Shown here in pieces: positions 17,556 to 28,022 of a stretch of DNA of 64,000 nucleotides. Under the pieces are notes generated by a model. That model ran no database searches, was not told where the DNA came from, and saw nothing but the letters and a program-made list of their open reading frames with translations. A program made the position numbers and the translations under genes. This DNA is from Anaerolineae bacterium (GTDB lineage: Bacteria; Chloroflexota; Anaerolineae; B4-G1; SLSP01). The stretch covers positions 1,135-65,134 of the forward strand of contig JAFGFI010000018.1 of assembly GCA_016931185.1 (NCBI GenBank), written 5' to 3'. How positions within the stretch are numbered: the first letter of the stretch is position 1; each line of letters starts with the position of its first letter.

Positions 17556-20500
17556 TATTTTAATGCCTGCGCGACAACCGCAGCAAGTTTCTCCAAACTA
17601 ATAGGCTTAAGCAACCAGTCAACCAATAGTGTGTTGGATTGACTACGTAAATTTTCCAACTCTTCTTTGAGGGGATGTCCCGTCAATAAAATAACACCCG
17701 TTTGGTAACCACGTTCCTGCATAGCACGGAGTAGTGCCATTCCTCCCATTTTAGGCATAACGACATCGCTCAACACCAATACAATGTGTGCATTTTCCGG
17801 GGGAGATTCTAATAAAGAGAGTGCTTCCTGTCCATTTTGAGCTGTAAGCACCTGGTAGTTGAGGCTGTTCAATCCTTCGACCAGTGCAGATTGCGTAGTA
17901 GGATTATCCTCAACCACAAGAACAAACTCACCGTGACCCAGGAATAATTCTGCTGTTGGTAGTAATAAGGGGGGGGAAACCGGCAGTGAGAGGGCCGGCA
18001 AATAGAGGATGAAGGTTGTACCTGCTCCCAAACGCGTATTCACATCAATGTAGCCTTCATGGACCCCAATGATGCCATAAACTTGCGCTAAACCTAACCC
18101 AGATCCTTGTCCGGGCAACTTGGTAGAAAAAAAAGGAGCGAAAATATGAGGTAGCGCATCGGGGGCAATTCCTGTGCCATTATCGGAAACACTGATCCTG
18201 ATCCAATCGCCCGGATTCATTTCAGGAAAAGGCGGAGCGTCCATTTCGGTAATTTGAAAACGTTCTAACTCAAAGCACAGAAGACCTCCCTCAGGCATAG
18301 CATCACGGGCATTGATAGCCAAATTCATAAAGACCTGTTGTAAACGTGCTGGATCGCCACTTATGGTGTAATTTTCCGACCCATAAACCAACTTAACATC
18401 AATATTCTCTGGAAGCGTGCGTTGTAGAATTTGGATATGTTCTTTAAGCAATGGCAACAAATCAAGTGCGCTACGGTCCAACACTGCACGACGACTGAAG
18501 TCGAGAATTTGTGCAATGAGGCGGGTCGCATAATGTGCTTGCTGCGAGATCGTCGTCATACGTTCATGGTCCAACGCTGACAATGATGGAGACCGCGCGG
18601 TCATCTGCGCATAAAGAATAATAGTTGACATGATATTGTTAAAATCATGGGCAATACCGGCTGCCAATTGTCCGACAGAAGCCAATCGCTCTTGGAGTTG
18701 CGTCCGGCGCTGATTTTCGCGTTGCCAGGTGAGATCGCGGATAACCAATACCCAGCTTTTAAAGATCCCCTCGGTTGTAATAGGGCGAGCAATAATCTGG
18801 TAAACGCGATTTTGAACTTCAATTTCGTGCCATAAGTTTTTTGTAGGATAAGTTAAAAATTCACTCAGCGGGCGCCCACCCAAATGTGTGAGTGTTTCCC
18901 CTACTTTAACCCCAGCTAATATAGCCACATCATTGGCTCCCAGTGGATTGACCAGGGCGATACGCCACTTATCCTGCGCCGCGTCGCTGGCAGTCTCTAA
19001 CAGGATAACGCCTTCGGGCACAGTATCCATAATGCGTTGTATTTGTTCGGTCTGCTCCTGAAGTTGTTTTAACAAATACTCTCGTTGAGTTTCTGCATGT
19101 TTGCGGGTCAGTGCATGGGCAAAAATCTCACTGATCAAACGAACGCGTTGAACAATCTCATCGGACCAGGTATATTGGGTCCGATAAGTTGTTACACCAA
19201 GTGCGCCTATAACATTCCCACCCACGCTGAGTGGCACAGATAAGTTAGATTTAATATCCTCTTCGAGACTAACTGCCCTTTCTCGCCATACTGGATCAGA
19301 TAGACTTTCAGGTTGTTCCATAATAATGATTTCCCCATTTCGCAGTTTTTCTATATACAAATCCAGTATATCCATAGATATTTTTGAAGGAAAAGGAACA
19401 ATACCATCAGCCGCATAAGAATGGGAAAGATAAGGTTCAGTTTGTTGTCTCGTAAATTCAAAAATGGTGGCGCGATCTACATCCAGAAAATGGACAAGTG
19501 ATTTGAGCCCGTGGATAATTTGTATATCGATTTGTTTAACCGGCAGATTAATAAACTGGCTGGAAAGATCAGCGAGAAAGGATTCAAAACGCAATCGTTC
19601 CTCCATCTCAATCTGCATCTGCATACGTTGGCTGATATCGCGCGTAATGGCAACGATTTCTTTTGCCACTCCCGTTTCAGGATCGCGCAGGACCTTACTT
19701 GTAGTTTCCATCCAGAGATAGGAACCATCTTTGCGACGCACACGACAGTTTATCAAATGCACAATAGGTTGGTCAAGTACAGTCATGTGGGCGACCCGGA
19801 GAGCCTCTATATCATCAGGATGAAAAAAATCATAAGCACTATGTCCAATCAACTCTTCCGGTTCGTAGCCGAGTAACTGGCGACACAAAGAAGAAACATA
19901 AATATAGATACCCTCAGGATCGTGCCGGGAGATCATATCGGTCGCATTATCCACCAATATCCGGTAACGCGCCTCACTTTCACGGAGTGCTGTCTCTGTC
20001 CGTTTCTTTTGAATCAGTCGCCACATCCCATTCATAATAAGCGTAAGTTGTTGCACATCTGTATCTGTGTAGGGAGTTTGCTTATTTCCCACCCCAGCCA
20101 CCAGCACAATTTTGCCATTATCTATAAGTGGAATATTAAGATGACGCTTGATGGGGATATGCCCTACTGGATACCCGTGTTTCCAGTGATCGAGCTGTTC
20201 ATAATCATTGGTGATAATCGGCTGTCGTTGGCGCACAGTTTCTCCCCATAATCCCATTTTATCAACCGGGTAACAGATGGCAGGGTCAGGAATTTCACAC
20301 GTCTCCATCACGCTTTTAGACCAAGCATGGACCGTAAGTATAGTTTCATCTTCGTTCATAAAGAAGATATAACCGACACTACTGCCCGTCATCTGCACAC
20401 CGGCCTCAAGTGCGAAATCCTTAATAACCTGCTCTGACTGGTCAATCATTTGGGATAGCTGATAAAGCGTTTCAAAGCGCGCCTGTTCTGATTCTGACAT
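17555..20500 (-). CDS. GAF-PAS-GAF hybrid sensor histidine kinase with C-terminal REC
   Basis: 981 aa. H-box AAGIAHDFNNIM, N-box NLAINARDAM, G1 DNGTGI, G2 GSGLGL. Receiver VLVVEDNP...LSDVVMPKMGG...WLLKPI. PAS ESEARYRILVDNATDMISRHD. Confidence 0.9.
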   Translation of the reverse strand: MSESEQARFETLYQLSQMIDQSEQVIKDFALEAGVQMTGSSVGYIFFMNEDETILTVHAWSKSVMETCEIPDPAICYPVDKMGLWGETVRQRQPIITNDYEQLDHWKHGYPVGHIPIKRHLNIPLIDNGKIVLVAGVGNKQTPYTDTDVQQLTLIMNGMWRLIQKKRTETALRESEARYRILVDNATDMISRHDPEGIYIYVSSLCRQLLGYEPEELIGHSAYDFFHPDDIEALRVAHMTVLDQPIVHLINCRVRRKDGSYLWMETTSKVLRDPETGVAKEIVAITRDISQRMQMQIEMEERLRFESFLADLSSQFINLPVKQIDIQIIHGLKSLVHFLDVDRATIFEFTRQQTEPYLSHSYAADGIVPFPSKISMDILDLYIEKLRNGEIIIMEQPESLSDPVWRERAVSLEEDIKSNLSVPLSVGGNVIGALGVTTYRTQYTWSDEIVQRVRLISEIFAHALTRKHAETQREYLLKQLQEQTEQIQRIMDTVPEGVILLETASDAAQDKWRIALVNPLGANDVAILAGVKVGETLTHLGGRPLSEFLTYPTKNLWHEIEVQNRVYQIIARPITTEGIFKSWVLVIRDLTWQRENQRRTQLQERLASVGQLAAGIAHDFNNIMSTIILYAQMTARSPSLSALDHERMTTISQQAHYATRLIAQILDFSRRAVLDRSALDLLPLLKEHIQILQRTLPENIDVKLVYGSENYTISGDPARLQQVFMNLAINARDAMPEGGLLCFELERFQITEMDAPPFPEMNPGDWIRISVSDNGTGIAPDALPHIFAPFFSTKLPGQGSGLGLAQVYGIIGVHEGYIDVNTRLGAGTTFILYLPALSLPVSPPLLLPTAELFLGHGEFVLVVEDNPTTQSALVEGLNSLNYQVLTAQNGQEALSLLESPPENAHIVLVLSDVVMPKMGGMALLRAMQERGYQTGVILLTGHPLKEELENLRSQSNTLLVDWLLKPISLEKLAAVVAQALK

Positions 20501-20580
20501 ACCCTAACTCACACTATCATTTAGATAAGGCAAGTATACTACCTAGAAGTAATGAAGCAACCGTTGGTTTTAAACTGTTG

Positions 20581-20609
20581 TTGACACTGAAAAAAAACTA
20601 GCCTATACT
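20581..20609 (+). promoter_or_regulatory. Sigma70-like promoter TTGACA-17-TATACT upstream of the MBL hydrolase gene
   Basis: TTGACA at 20581-20586, 17-nt spacer, TATACT at 20604-20609. Confidence 0.5.
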
Positions 20610-20730
20610 GATGTATAAGGATTAGGAGTTTTGCTCTTTTCATCTGGAAGTGACTATCAAAAGTTTAGCTGAATGTTATCGTTGAGTTGCTTGCCGATGA
20701 TACAAGTTTTATTTAAAGGTAGCAAAAAAG

Positions 20731-21585
20731 ATGATCATTACTTTTCTCGGGACTGCCGCTGCCAATGCTTTTCCAGAAGCCTTTTGCAAGTGCAAGAATT
20801 GCGAACAGGCACGGCTACTTGGCGGTACAAGTTTGCGAAAACGGTCTGCTCTGTTAGTCAATGATGATTTGCTCATCGACCTCGGCCCTGATATTATGGC
20901 GGCCTCACAAATGCATGGGTGTTCTTTAACCAATGTGAGTTATTGTCTTCAGACGCATCCCCATGCAGACCATTTAGATCTATCTCACCTTCTCTCCCGT
21001 AGTCCGGGATTTGGTGTAATGGGCGCTCCTCTCTTGAATTTTTACGCATCTTCCGAGACATTAAAACGCGCCGCAGAAACTTTTGAAAGAGACCTTGCCG
21101 GTTACGACCTATTATCTTCTGATAGCGAGAGGACTCTCAATCTCAAAATTCACCCCATCGAGCCGCTACACCCTTTCACAGTAGGGCGTTATTCTGTAAT
21201 TGCCTTTCCTGCCAATCATGCTCCCACGATGGGCGCGATGTTGTATGCAGTTGAAGCCAACGGGCGTACCGTTTTTTATGGCACAGATACGGCCACTTTG
21301 CTTGAACAGACTTGGCAGGCGTTTCACCAACATCAATTGCAATTTGATGTTGTCATACTCGACCATACATACGGGCCAAATCAACCAGGGAATGATCATT
21401 TGAGTGCCCATCAGGTCATTGAGCATGTAAAACGTATGCGGGATGAAGGTTTATTACGTCCGAATGCCCGTGCCTTTGCGACGCATATTGCCCATGAAGG
21501 TAACCCTGCACATCCAGAACTGGCAAAATTCGCCGTGCAGAATGGTTACGAAGTTGCATACGATGGGCTTGTTCTTGAAATCTAA
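20731..21585 (+). CDS. MBL-fold metallo-hydrolase (PhnP-like)
   Basis: HPHADH (HxHxDH) motif. N-terminal CKCKNC Cys cluster as in PhnP-type proteins. Confidence 0.8.
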   Translation: MIITFLGTAAANAFPEAFCKCKNCEQARLLGGTSLRKRSALLVNDDLLIDLGPDIMAASQMHGCSLTNVSYCLQTHPHADHLDLSHLLSRSPGFGVMGAPLLNFYASSETLKRAAETFERDLAGYDLLSSDSERTLNLKIHPIEPLHPFTVGRYSVIAFPANHAPTMGAMLYAVEANGRTVFYGTDTATLLEQTWQAFHQHQLQFDVVILDHTYGPNQPGNDHLSAHQVIEHVKRMRDEGLLRPNARAFATHIAHEGNPAHPELAKFAVQNGYEVAYDGLVLEI

Positions 21586-21596
21586 ATGCAACCCAC

Positions 21597-21624
21597 TTGA
21601 CAACTCCCTAAATCCCTGTACAAT
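21597..21624 (+). promoter_or_regulatory. Sigma70-like promoter TTGACA-16-TACAAT upstream of the ROK regulator
   Basis: TTGACA at 21597-21602 and TACAAT at 21619-21624. Confidence 0.5.
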
Positions 21625-21636
21625 ACTTATGTAAGT

Positions 21637-21648
21637 TAAGTTAACTTA
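21637..21648. promoter_or_regulatory. AT-rich palindrome TAAGTTAACTTA, candidate ROK-repressor operator
   Basis: Perfect 12-bp palindrome starting 13 nt downstream of the -10 element, inside a wider TAAGTTAAGTTAACTTATTAAG repeat context. Confidence 0.35.
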
Positions 21649-21787
21649 TTAAGTAACCCAAATCGCTATCCGCAGACCTGAAAGATATTAGGTCCGGTAT
21701 AACTAAAAACACAGGGTTTCCGTAAGCACTAGTTCGATAAATAGGATCTAATCTCGCCTATGGTAGCAACTTGAGTGAAGTAAAGCC

Positions 21788-22981
21788 ATGAAAACACAGA
21801 AAGCGACGCGCAAGCAGACGAAGTTCCATAACCAACGGCTCATCCTTAAGACGATTTATATATATGACCGGATCAGCCGGGCCGATGTGGCGCGCGCTAC
21901 ACATCTGACCCGTCCAACAGTTTCCGGCGCGGTGGCAGAGTTGATAGAAGAAGGGTTGGTTGAAGAAGTCGGGCAGGGACAATCGGAGGGTGGCAAGCCG
22001 CCCATTCTGCTCAGTGTAGCAGATGATGCTCGCCATCTTATCGGTATAGATCTGGCCGAGGGCGAATTTCGCGGGGGTATTGTGGATTTACGGGGCAGGG
22101 TAGTTGCTCACGCGAGTCTGCCGGTCGAGGATCTTAATGGCTCATTGGCACTGGAGCAGGTGTATGCACTCTTGGACACGTTGGTGGCTGCAACGTCCCG
22201 GCCTTTATTGGGCATCGGTATCGGCGCGCCAGGACTAATTGATGCGCGGCACGGGCTTGTGCGCTATGCCGTCAACTTGGATTGGCAAAACTTAGCTTTG
22301 CGTGACCTTTTGACCACACGGTATGCACTGCCCGTCTACGTGGCGAACGATTGCCACGTAGCGGCCCTGGGTGAGTATACCTTCGGACTCCATCCCATAA
22401 CTTCAAACCTGATCGTGATCAAAGTGGGACGCGGCATTGCAGCGGGGATAGTCCTAAACGGCCATTTGTATTACGGCGACGGGTCTGGCGCCGGAGAAAT
22501 CGGCCATGTGCGGGTGGTCGAAGAAGGGATACAGTGCCAATGCGGTCACATCGGCTGCCTGGAAACGGTGGCCAGCGCGCGGGCTATTGTCAAACAAGCT
22601 CAACTGTTAGTCCAGGAGGATACACATAGCGCTCTACATTCATTGGCAGCAACTGTAGATGCCATTAATCTGAATACTGTCTATCATGCCTGGCAAGCCG
22701 GGGATGCCGCGGTGCAAGCGCTCGTCGAAACCGCGGGACGGCATTTGGGCCGCGCGGTAGCCAACCTGATCGGTGCACTGAATATCCACCAGATTGTCCT
22801 GGCGGGCGACCTCACCTGCTTTGGTGATGCGTTGCTCATTCCCATCCGTGAAGAAATGCAACTGCGCGCGATGGAGCCATTAGCCGCGAAGACCCAGATC
22901 AACTTAAGCCAGCTTGCGGGCGATATTGTAATCCAGGGAGCAGCGGCATTGTTGTTGGCAAATGAATTGGGTTTGGTGTAA
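21788..22981 (+). CDS. ROK-family transcriptional regulator (NagC/XylR-like)
   Basis: N-terminal wHTH ISRADVARATHLTRPTVSGAVAELIEEGLV. ROK zinc motif CQCGHIGCLE. Confidence 0.85.
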   Translation: MKTQKATRKQTKFHNQRLILKTIYIYDRISRADVARATHLTRPTVSGAVAELIEEGLVEEVGQGQSEGGKPPILLSVADDARHLIGIDLAEGEFRGGIVDLRGRVVAHASLPVEDLNGSLALEQVYALLDTLVAATSRPLLGIGIGAPGLIDARHGLVRYAVNLDWQNLALRDLLTTRYALPVYVANDCHVAALGEYTFGLHPITSNLIVIKVGRGIAAGIVLNGHLYYGDGSGAGEIGHVRVVEEGIQCQCGHIGCLETVASARAIVKQAQLLVQEDTHSALHSLAATVDAINLNTVYHAWQAGDAAVQALVETAGRHLGRAVANLIGALNIHQIVLAGDLTCFGDALLIPIREEMQLRAMEPLAAKTQINLSQLAGDIVIQGAAALLLANELGLV

Positions 22982-23000
22982 ATAAATTGGAGGTAGAAGT

Positions 23001-24413
23001 ATGGCACAGCCTTTTAAACTGATTCGACCTAAACACGTTCCATCGCTGGACCCGGGATTCCGTCCGGCGGTGTTAGCAAATCGCGCGTTCCAGGAAGATG
23101 TCAGAGCATCGGGGGAAGGGGTGCCACTGGTGTTGGGACTGGAACGGACAAACGACGTTCTCTCTCGATTTGAGACTACGGTATTCCCCGCAGATCATCC
23201 CCAGGCCGGGGCCAATTTTATGTATGTGGAACGCCTGGTGAAGTTTTTGCTCTGGCAACAGGGGGCGTGGAAGATCTACGTAGGCGGATCGCGTGACATT
23301 GGCGACGCTATCGCAGCCACTTATGCTCCGGATGGTGCGCGCGCGTTCGATGCATTCTTTATGGGAAAACAGGTTTATGAGCATCCCTTCACGGTGGTAC
23401 CTTGTGCGGCGGACGAAGTCCCCCCCACGCGGGAAATCAGCCAGCCACTGGGCCGGCACCTCGAGGGCTATCGCATCGGTTTCGATCTAGGCGCGTCGGA
23501 TCGCAAAGTTTCGGCGGTGGTAAACGGCGAGGCTATTTATAGCGAGGAGGTCATTTGGCAGCCTCGAGAAAACGCCGATCCCAACTATCACTATCATGAG
23601 ATTCTAACAGCCTTAAAGACGGCAGCTTCCAAGCTGTCCCGGGTAGATGCTATCGGCGGCAGTTCAGCCGGCATCTATGTAAACAATCGCCCGATGATAG
23701 CCTCTTTGTTCCGGGGCGTACCAGATGAACGCTATGGCGAAATTCGGAATACATTCCAACGACTCCAGGCAGAGTTTAACGTGCCGTTTGAGATTATCAA
23801 TGACGGCGACGTGACCGCGCTGGCAGGGTCAATGTCGCTGGGCGTAAATAGCGTGCTAGGAATCGCGCTCGGTTCAAGTGAAGCGGCAGGATATGTGGAT
23901 CACGAAGGCAATATCACCGGATGGCTTAACGAGTTAGCCTTCGCGCCGGTGGACTACAATCCTGATGCCTCGGTAGATGAATGGTCCTATGATAGGGGTT
24001 GTGGCGTAACTTATTTCTCACAGCAGGCCGTCTTCCGGCTCGCACCAAAGGTAGGTATTAATATTCCGGCAGAGATGACCGATGCTGAGAAACTCAAATT
24101 TGTGCAACATAGGCTGGAGATGGGGGATGCAGGCGCGATCCAGATCTGGCAGAATATCGGCATCTATATGGGCTATGCCCTAGCCCACTATGCCGATTTC
24201 TACGATCTGGCGCATGTCTTAATCCTGGGACGCTGCACATCCGGACGTGGTGGGGCTTTGATTATGGAAGGCGCAAACATGGTGTTGGCATCGGAATTCC
24301 CGGAATTGGCCACCAGGCTTACGCTGCATCTGCCAGATGAACAGAGCCGCCGTGTTGGGCAGTCTATTGCCGCCGCCAGTTTGCCGCAGATTGGAGATCG
24401 GGTAACAAAATGA
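23001..24413 (+). CDS. ASKHA-fold (ROK-like) sugar kinase with N-terminal extension
   Basis: GFDLGASDRKVSAV phosphate-1 motif and INDGDVTALAG. GGAGG lies upstream of the ATG. 470 aa. Confidence 0.55.
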   Translation: MAQPFKLIRPKHVPSLDPGFRPAVLANRAFQEDVRASGEGVPLVLGLERTNDVLSRFETTVFPADHPQAGANFMYVERLVKFLLWQQGAWKIYVGGSRDIGDAIAATYAPDGARAFDAFFMGKQVYEHPFTVVPCAADEVPPTREISQPLGRHLEGYRIGFDLGASDRKVSAVVNGEAIYSEEVIWQPRENADPNYHYHEILTALKTAASKLSRVDAIGGSSAGIYVNNRPMIASLFRGVPDERYGEIRNTFQRLQAEFNVPFEIINDGDVTALAGSMSLGVNSVLGIALGSSEAAGYVDHEGNITGWLNELAFAPVDYNPDASVDEWSYDRGCGVTYFSQQAVFRLAPKVGINIPAEMTDAEKLKFVQHRLEMGDAGAIQIWQNIGIYMGYALAHYADFYDLAHVLILGRCTSGRGGALIMEGANMVLASEFPELATRLTLHLPDEQSRRVGQSIAAASLPQIGDRVTK

Positions 24414-24600
24414 CCTGGGGAAGGCATAGCCTGGGATATGATCGGAGAATTTCTCATTGATGGCTGATGGTTCACCGGCAGGTGGATATAAATTTACAGT
24501 CTGAAGGCCGGAGCATAAGGTTTTTTGCGGATATTGTCTCAATTTGCAAATAATATCTTTAATCTGCCGCTTTAGCGGCTTATTTTCTAAGGAAGAAAAA

Positions 24601-25464
24601 ATGAAATTCAACCAATACAGTGCGCAGGTTTTTGTTCCTGATGGACGCCCAGTACAGGATGCGTTAGCAAGTACAACACATCTAGCGATTGGCGCGCATC
24701 AGGATGATCTTGAAATTATGGCTATAGATGGTATTCTCGCTTGTTTTCAAAATCCGCACAAGGCATTTACTGGGGTAGTAGTTGCAGACGGTCGGGGAAC
24801 CCCCCGGGCAGGATTATATGGCGAGTGTACCGATGATCAGATGTGGACTATTCGCAACAAGGAACAGAAGAAAGCTGCCGTCTTGGGCGAATATGCGGCC
24901 CTGGTATTGTTAGATTACCCGAGCCGCGTGGTAAAGGATAGTGGCAATGTGCAGCCTATCGAGGACCTGGTGCAAGTGTTGCAGTTAGCGAGACCGGAGG
25001 TGGTGTACGCACATAATCTCGCCGACAAACACCCCACCCATGTCGCGGTAACGCTCCGGGTAATCACGGCAATCCGCCAACTGCCGCCGGAGGAACGTCC
25101 TCAACATCTCTATGGTTGTGAAGTCTGGCGTGATCTGGATTGGATGGTGGATACCGACAAGGTAGCCTTTGACTGCTCAACACACGAGGGATTACAAGCC
25201 GCGCTGGTGGGTGTTTTTGATTCGCAGGTGGTAGGCGGCAAGCGTTATGATCTGGCGACAACGGGCCGCCGTCGCGCCAATGCCACGTATTATGAATCCC
25301 ACGCCACCGATGTAAGCACTGGCTTGAGCTTCGCGATGGATCTTTCTCCGTTGATTCAAGAGGAATCCCTTGATCCCGCGGATTACGTCCAGGCGCGTAT
25401 CCAGAATTTCGCGGAGGATGTGAGGCAACGGATTGCAGAATTAAGAACCCCGGTTTTTTCTTAA
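24601..25464 (+). CDS. PIG-L/LmbE-family N-acetylglucosaminyl deacetylase
   Basis: HLAIGAHQDDLEIMA motif. AAGGAAG lies upstream of ATG 24601. The track ORF starts earlier, at 24544. Confidence 0.75.
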   Translation: MKFNQYSAQVFVPDGRPVQDALASTTHLAIGAHQDDLEIMAIDGILACFQNPHKAFTGVVVADGRGTPRAGLYGECTDDQMWTIRNKEQKKAAVLGEYAALVLLDYPSRVVKDSGNVQPIEDLVQVLQLARPEVVYAHNLADKHPTHVAVTLRVITAIRQLPPEERPQHLYGCEVWRDLDWMVDTDKVAFDCSTHEGLQAALVGVFDSQVVGGKRYDLATTGRRRANATYYESHATDVSTGLSFAMDLSPLIQEESLDPADYVQARIQNFAEDVRQRIAELRTPVFS

Positions 25465-25495
25465 AGACTAGCTTTCTAAAAATAAGGAGCTTGAT

Positions 25496-26548
25496 ATGAC
25501 GGACCTTACACATTCTCATCTTTACCAAGAAATCCACCAGCAACCGCAGGTGTTAGCGCGGTTGCTGGATGAGGGAAAGGAAAGTATTCAGGCGTTAGCC
25601 AATGCAATCCAGGAACGGCAAATTTCGCATGTGGTGATCGCAGCCCGTGGGACAAGTGACAATGCGGGCCGGTATGCTAAATACCTGTTGGGTGCGGTGA
25701 ATCATTTACCCGTAGGATTGGCAACCCCTAGCCTCTTTTCTGTTTACGAGCAACCGCCGACATTTGGCAACGCGCTGGTACTAGGAATCAGCCAGAGCGG
25801 GAAAAGTCCCGACATTGTCTCGGTATTGGCCGAGGCGCAACGTCAGGGCGCGTTGACGGCAACGCTTACGAACTTCCCTGGGTCTAATTTGGGAAAAGTG
25901 GCGGATTATGTGATTGATTTGCGCGCAGGTGAAGAAAAGGCCGTTGCGGCGACCAAGACCTACACCAGTGAGCTGGCCGCGATTGCGCTGTTGAGCAGCG
26001 CGCTGTGCGGAGATGCCTGTATCACAAACGCACTGGAAACGATCCCAGAAAAGGTAGCTGCAACGCTGAAATTGCATACCCAAATTGCACAGGTTGCAGA
26101 ACGTTACCGCTATATGCAGACGTGCGTAACCATTGGTCGAGGGTATAATTATGCAACGGCGTTTGAGTTATCGTTGAAGCTCAAAGAACTGACGTACACG
26201 GTTGTAGAACCTTACAGTAGTGCGGATTTCATGCACGGACCACTGGCCTTGATCGAACATGGCTTCCCGGTCATTGTGATCGCGCCATCAGGAAGATTAT
26301 TGCCAGAGATGAAAACGTTTATCCATACCCTGAAAGTTCGTGAGGCAGAAGTGATTGTCATCAGCGATGATGCGGAAGCGTTGTCAATAGCGCGCGTGCC
26401 ATTAGCTCTACCAGAAGGCGTGCCGGAGTGGCTCTCCCCTCTTACCGCCATTGTGCCAGGCCAGCTTTTTGCAATGTACCTGGCCCACGCGAAAGACTAC
26501 GATCCTGATCATCCGCGCGGGCTGCTGAAAGTGACGGAAACGCGGTAG
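25496..26548 (+). CDS. Double-SIS-domain sugar-phosphate isomerase/deaminase (NagB-II / AgaS-like)
   Basis: [13 protein letters not shown] signature. 350 aa, consistent with two SIS domains. Confidence 0.75.
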   Translation: MTDLTHSHLYQEIHQQPQVLARLLDEGKESIQALANAIQERQISHVVIAARGTSDNAGRYAKYLLGAVNHLPVGLATPSLFSVYEQPPTFGNALVLGISQSGKSPDIVSVLAEAQRQGALTATLTNFPGSNLGKVADYVIDLRAGEEKAVAATKTYTSELAAIALLSSALCGDACITNALETIPEKVAATLKLHTQIAQVAERYRYMQTCVTIGRGYNYATAFELSLKLKELTYTVVEPYSSADFMHGPLALIEHGFPVIVIAPSGRLLPEMKTFIHTLKVREAEVIVISDDAEALSIARVPLALPEGVPEWLSPLTAIVPGQLFAMYLAHAKDYDPDHPRGLLKVTETR

Positions 26549-26629
26549 AAAGGGTAAGGACAATCAAGGTTGCCCTAGATTAAAAATTACGCATCATGTT
26601 TCACCCTAAGTACAATTAGGAGATAGCTA

Positions 26630-27922
26630 ATGAAGGTTACAACGATTGGTGGCGGGTCAACGTATACACCGGAGTTGGTGCAGGGGTTTATCGAACGCTA
26701 TGAATCCCTGGGGCTGCGGGAATTATGGTTAATGGATATTGACGCAGAGCGGCTGGGTATCGTGGGTGGGTTTGTACAACGGATGGTGGCCGCGGCCGGC
26801 GCGCCATTCAAGATTCACCTGACCACTGACCGCCGTGAAGCTATCGCGGGCGCGGACTTTGTCACTACACAAATCCGGGTGGGGGGTATGGCAGCCCGCC
26901 GTGAAGATGAATACCTGGGCCGCCGCTGGAACCTGGTCGGACAGGAAACGACGGGTATCGGAGGTATGGCGAAGGCCCTGCGCACCGTGCCCGTGATGCT
27001 CTCCATCGCCGAGGAGATGCGCGAACTCTGCCCTGACGCCTGGCTGGTCAACTTCACCAACCCATCAGGCCTGGTGACGGAGGCTCTGCAACGGTACGCG
27101 CCAGGGATGCGCTCGGTGGGGTTGTGTAATGGGCCTATCGGCTATCAAATGCACATTGCAAAGGAAGTGGGCATTGACGATCCCTTTGCCGTACATCTGG
27201 ATTATCTGGGGCTAAATCACCTGGCATGGATCCGGGGGGCAAGGGTGACTAAAGCCCCTATGAAAGATCAGGATATCTGGCCTGAACTGTTAGCGAAAAC
27301 TATCACTTGGACAAAAGAAACCGATAGCGATCCCCTACCTGCCGAAGTGTTAGAACGGGTAGGTATACTCAGCAATTACTACCTGCGATATTATTACCGC
27401 ACGCAGAGTGTGTTGGCAGATCAGGCGCAGGGGAAACTATCCCGTGCGGAGCAGGTGATGGAAATTGAGAAGACACTGCTGGCGAAGTATACCGATCCTA
27501 CACTGGATACAATGCCACCGGAGTTAATGCAGCGCGGCGGAGCATACTACTCCACTGTCGCCGTCCAATTGATCGCGGCCATTGCCCTTGACCTGGACCA
27601 GGAGCATATTGTTAATACCCGCCAGGAGGGGGCCGTACCGGGCATCCCGGCAGATTGGGTCATGGAATTGCCCTGCCGAGTAAATGCGCAGGGACTCCAT
27701 CCACTGCCGGCAGAACCATTACCGCTCTTTGTAGACGGTCTACTGCGCACCGTCAAAGCGTATGAATTGCTCACGGCAGAGGCAGCGGTAACGGGCAACC
27801 GTGACCTGGCGCTCCAGGCTCTCATCGTCCACCCTCTCGGTCCCGATGTAGACAAAGCGATGGCAGTATTAGAAGATATGATTGACACGCATGAAGCATA
27901 TTTGGGATATTTGAGGGCGTGA
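26630..27922 (+). CDS. Family 4 glycoside hydrolase (6-phospho-glycosidase type)
   Basis: MKVTTIGGGSTYTPELV NAD-binding N-terminus and LVNFTNPSG GH4 signature. Confidence 0.85.
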   Translation: MKVTTIGGGSTYTPELVQGFIERYESLGLRELWLMDIDAERLGIVGGFVQRMVAAAGAPFKIHLTTDRREAIAGADFVTTQIRVGGMAARREDEYLGRRWNLVGQETTGIGGMAKALRTVPVMLSIAEEMRELCPDAWLVNFTNPSGLVTEALQRYAPGMRSVGLCNGPIGYQMHIAKEVGIDDPFAVHLDYLGLNHLAWIRGARVTKAPMKDQDIWPELLAKTITWTKETDSDPLPAEVLERVGILSNYYLRYYYRTQSVLADQAQGKLSRAEQVMEIEKTLLAKYTDPTLDTMPPELMQRGGAYYSTVAVQLIAAIALDLDQEHIVNTRQEGAVPGIPADWVMELPCRVNAQGLHPLPAEPLPLFVDGLLRTVKAYELLTAEAAVTGNRDLALQALIVHPLGPDVDKAMAVLEDMIDTHEAYLGYLRA

Positions 27923-28022
27923 AGCGTAAAACGTAATTTGAAGGAATTTCCATACAATGAATGAAAACAGGTGCATCGCACTTCGGAAAGTGCGACTCAC
28001 CGATTTGTGAAGGAGCGCGCTC

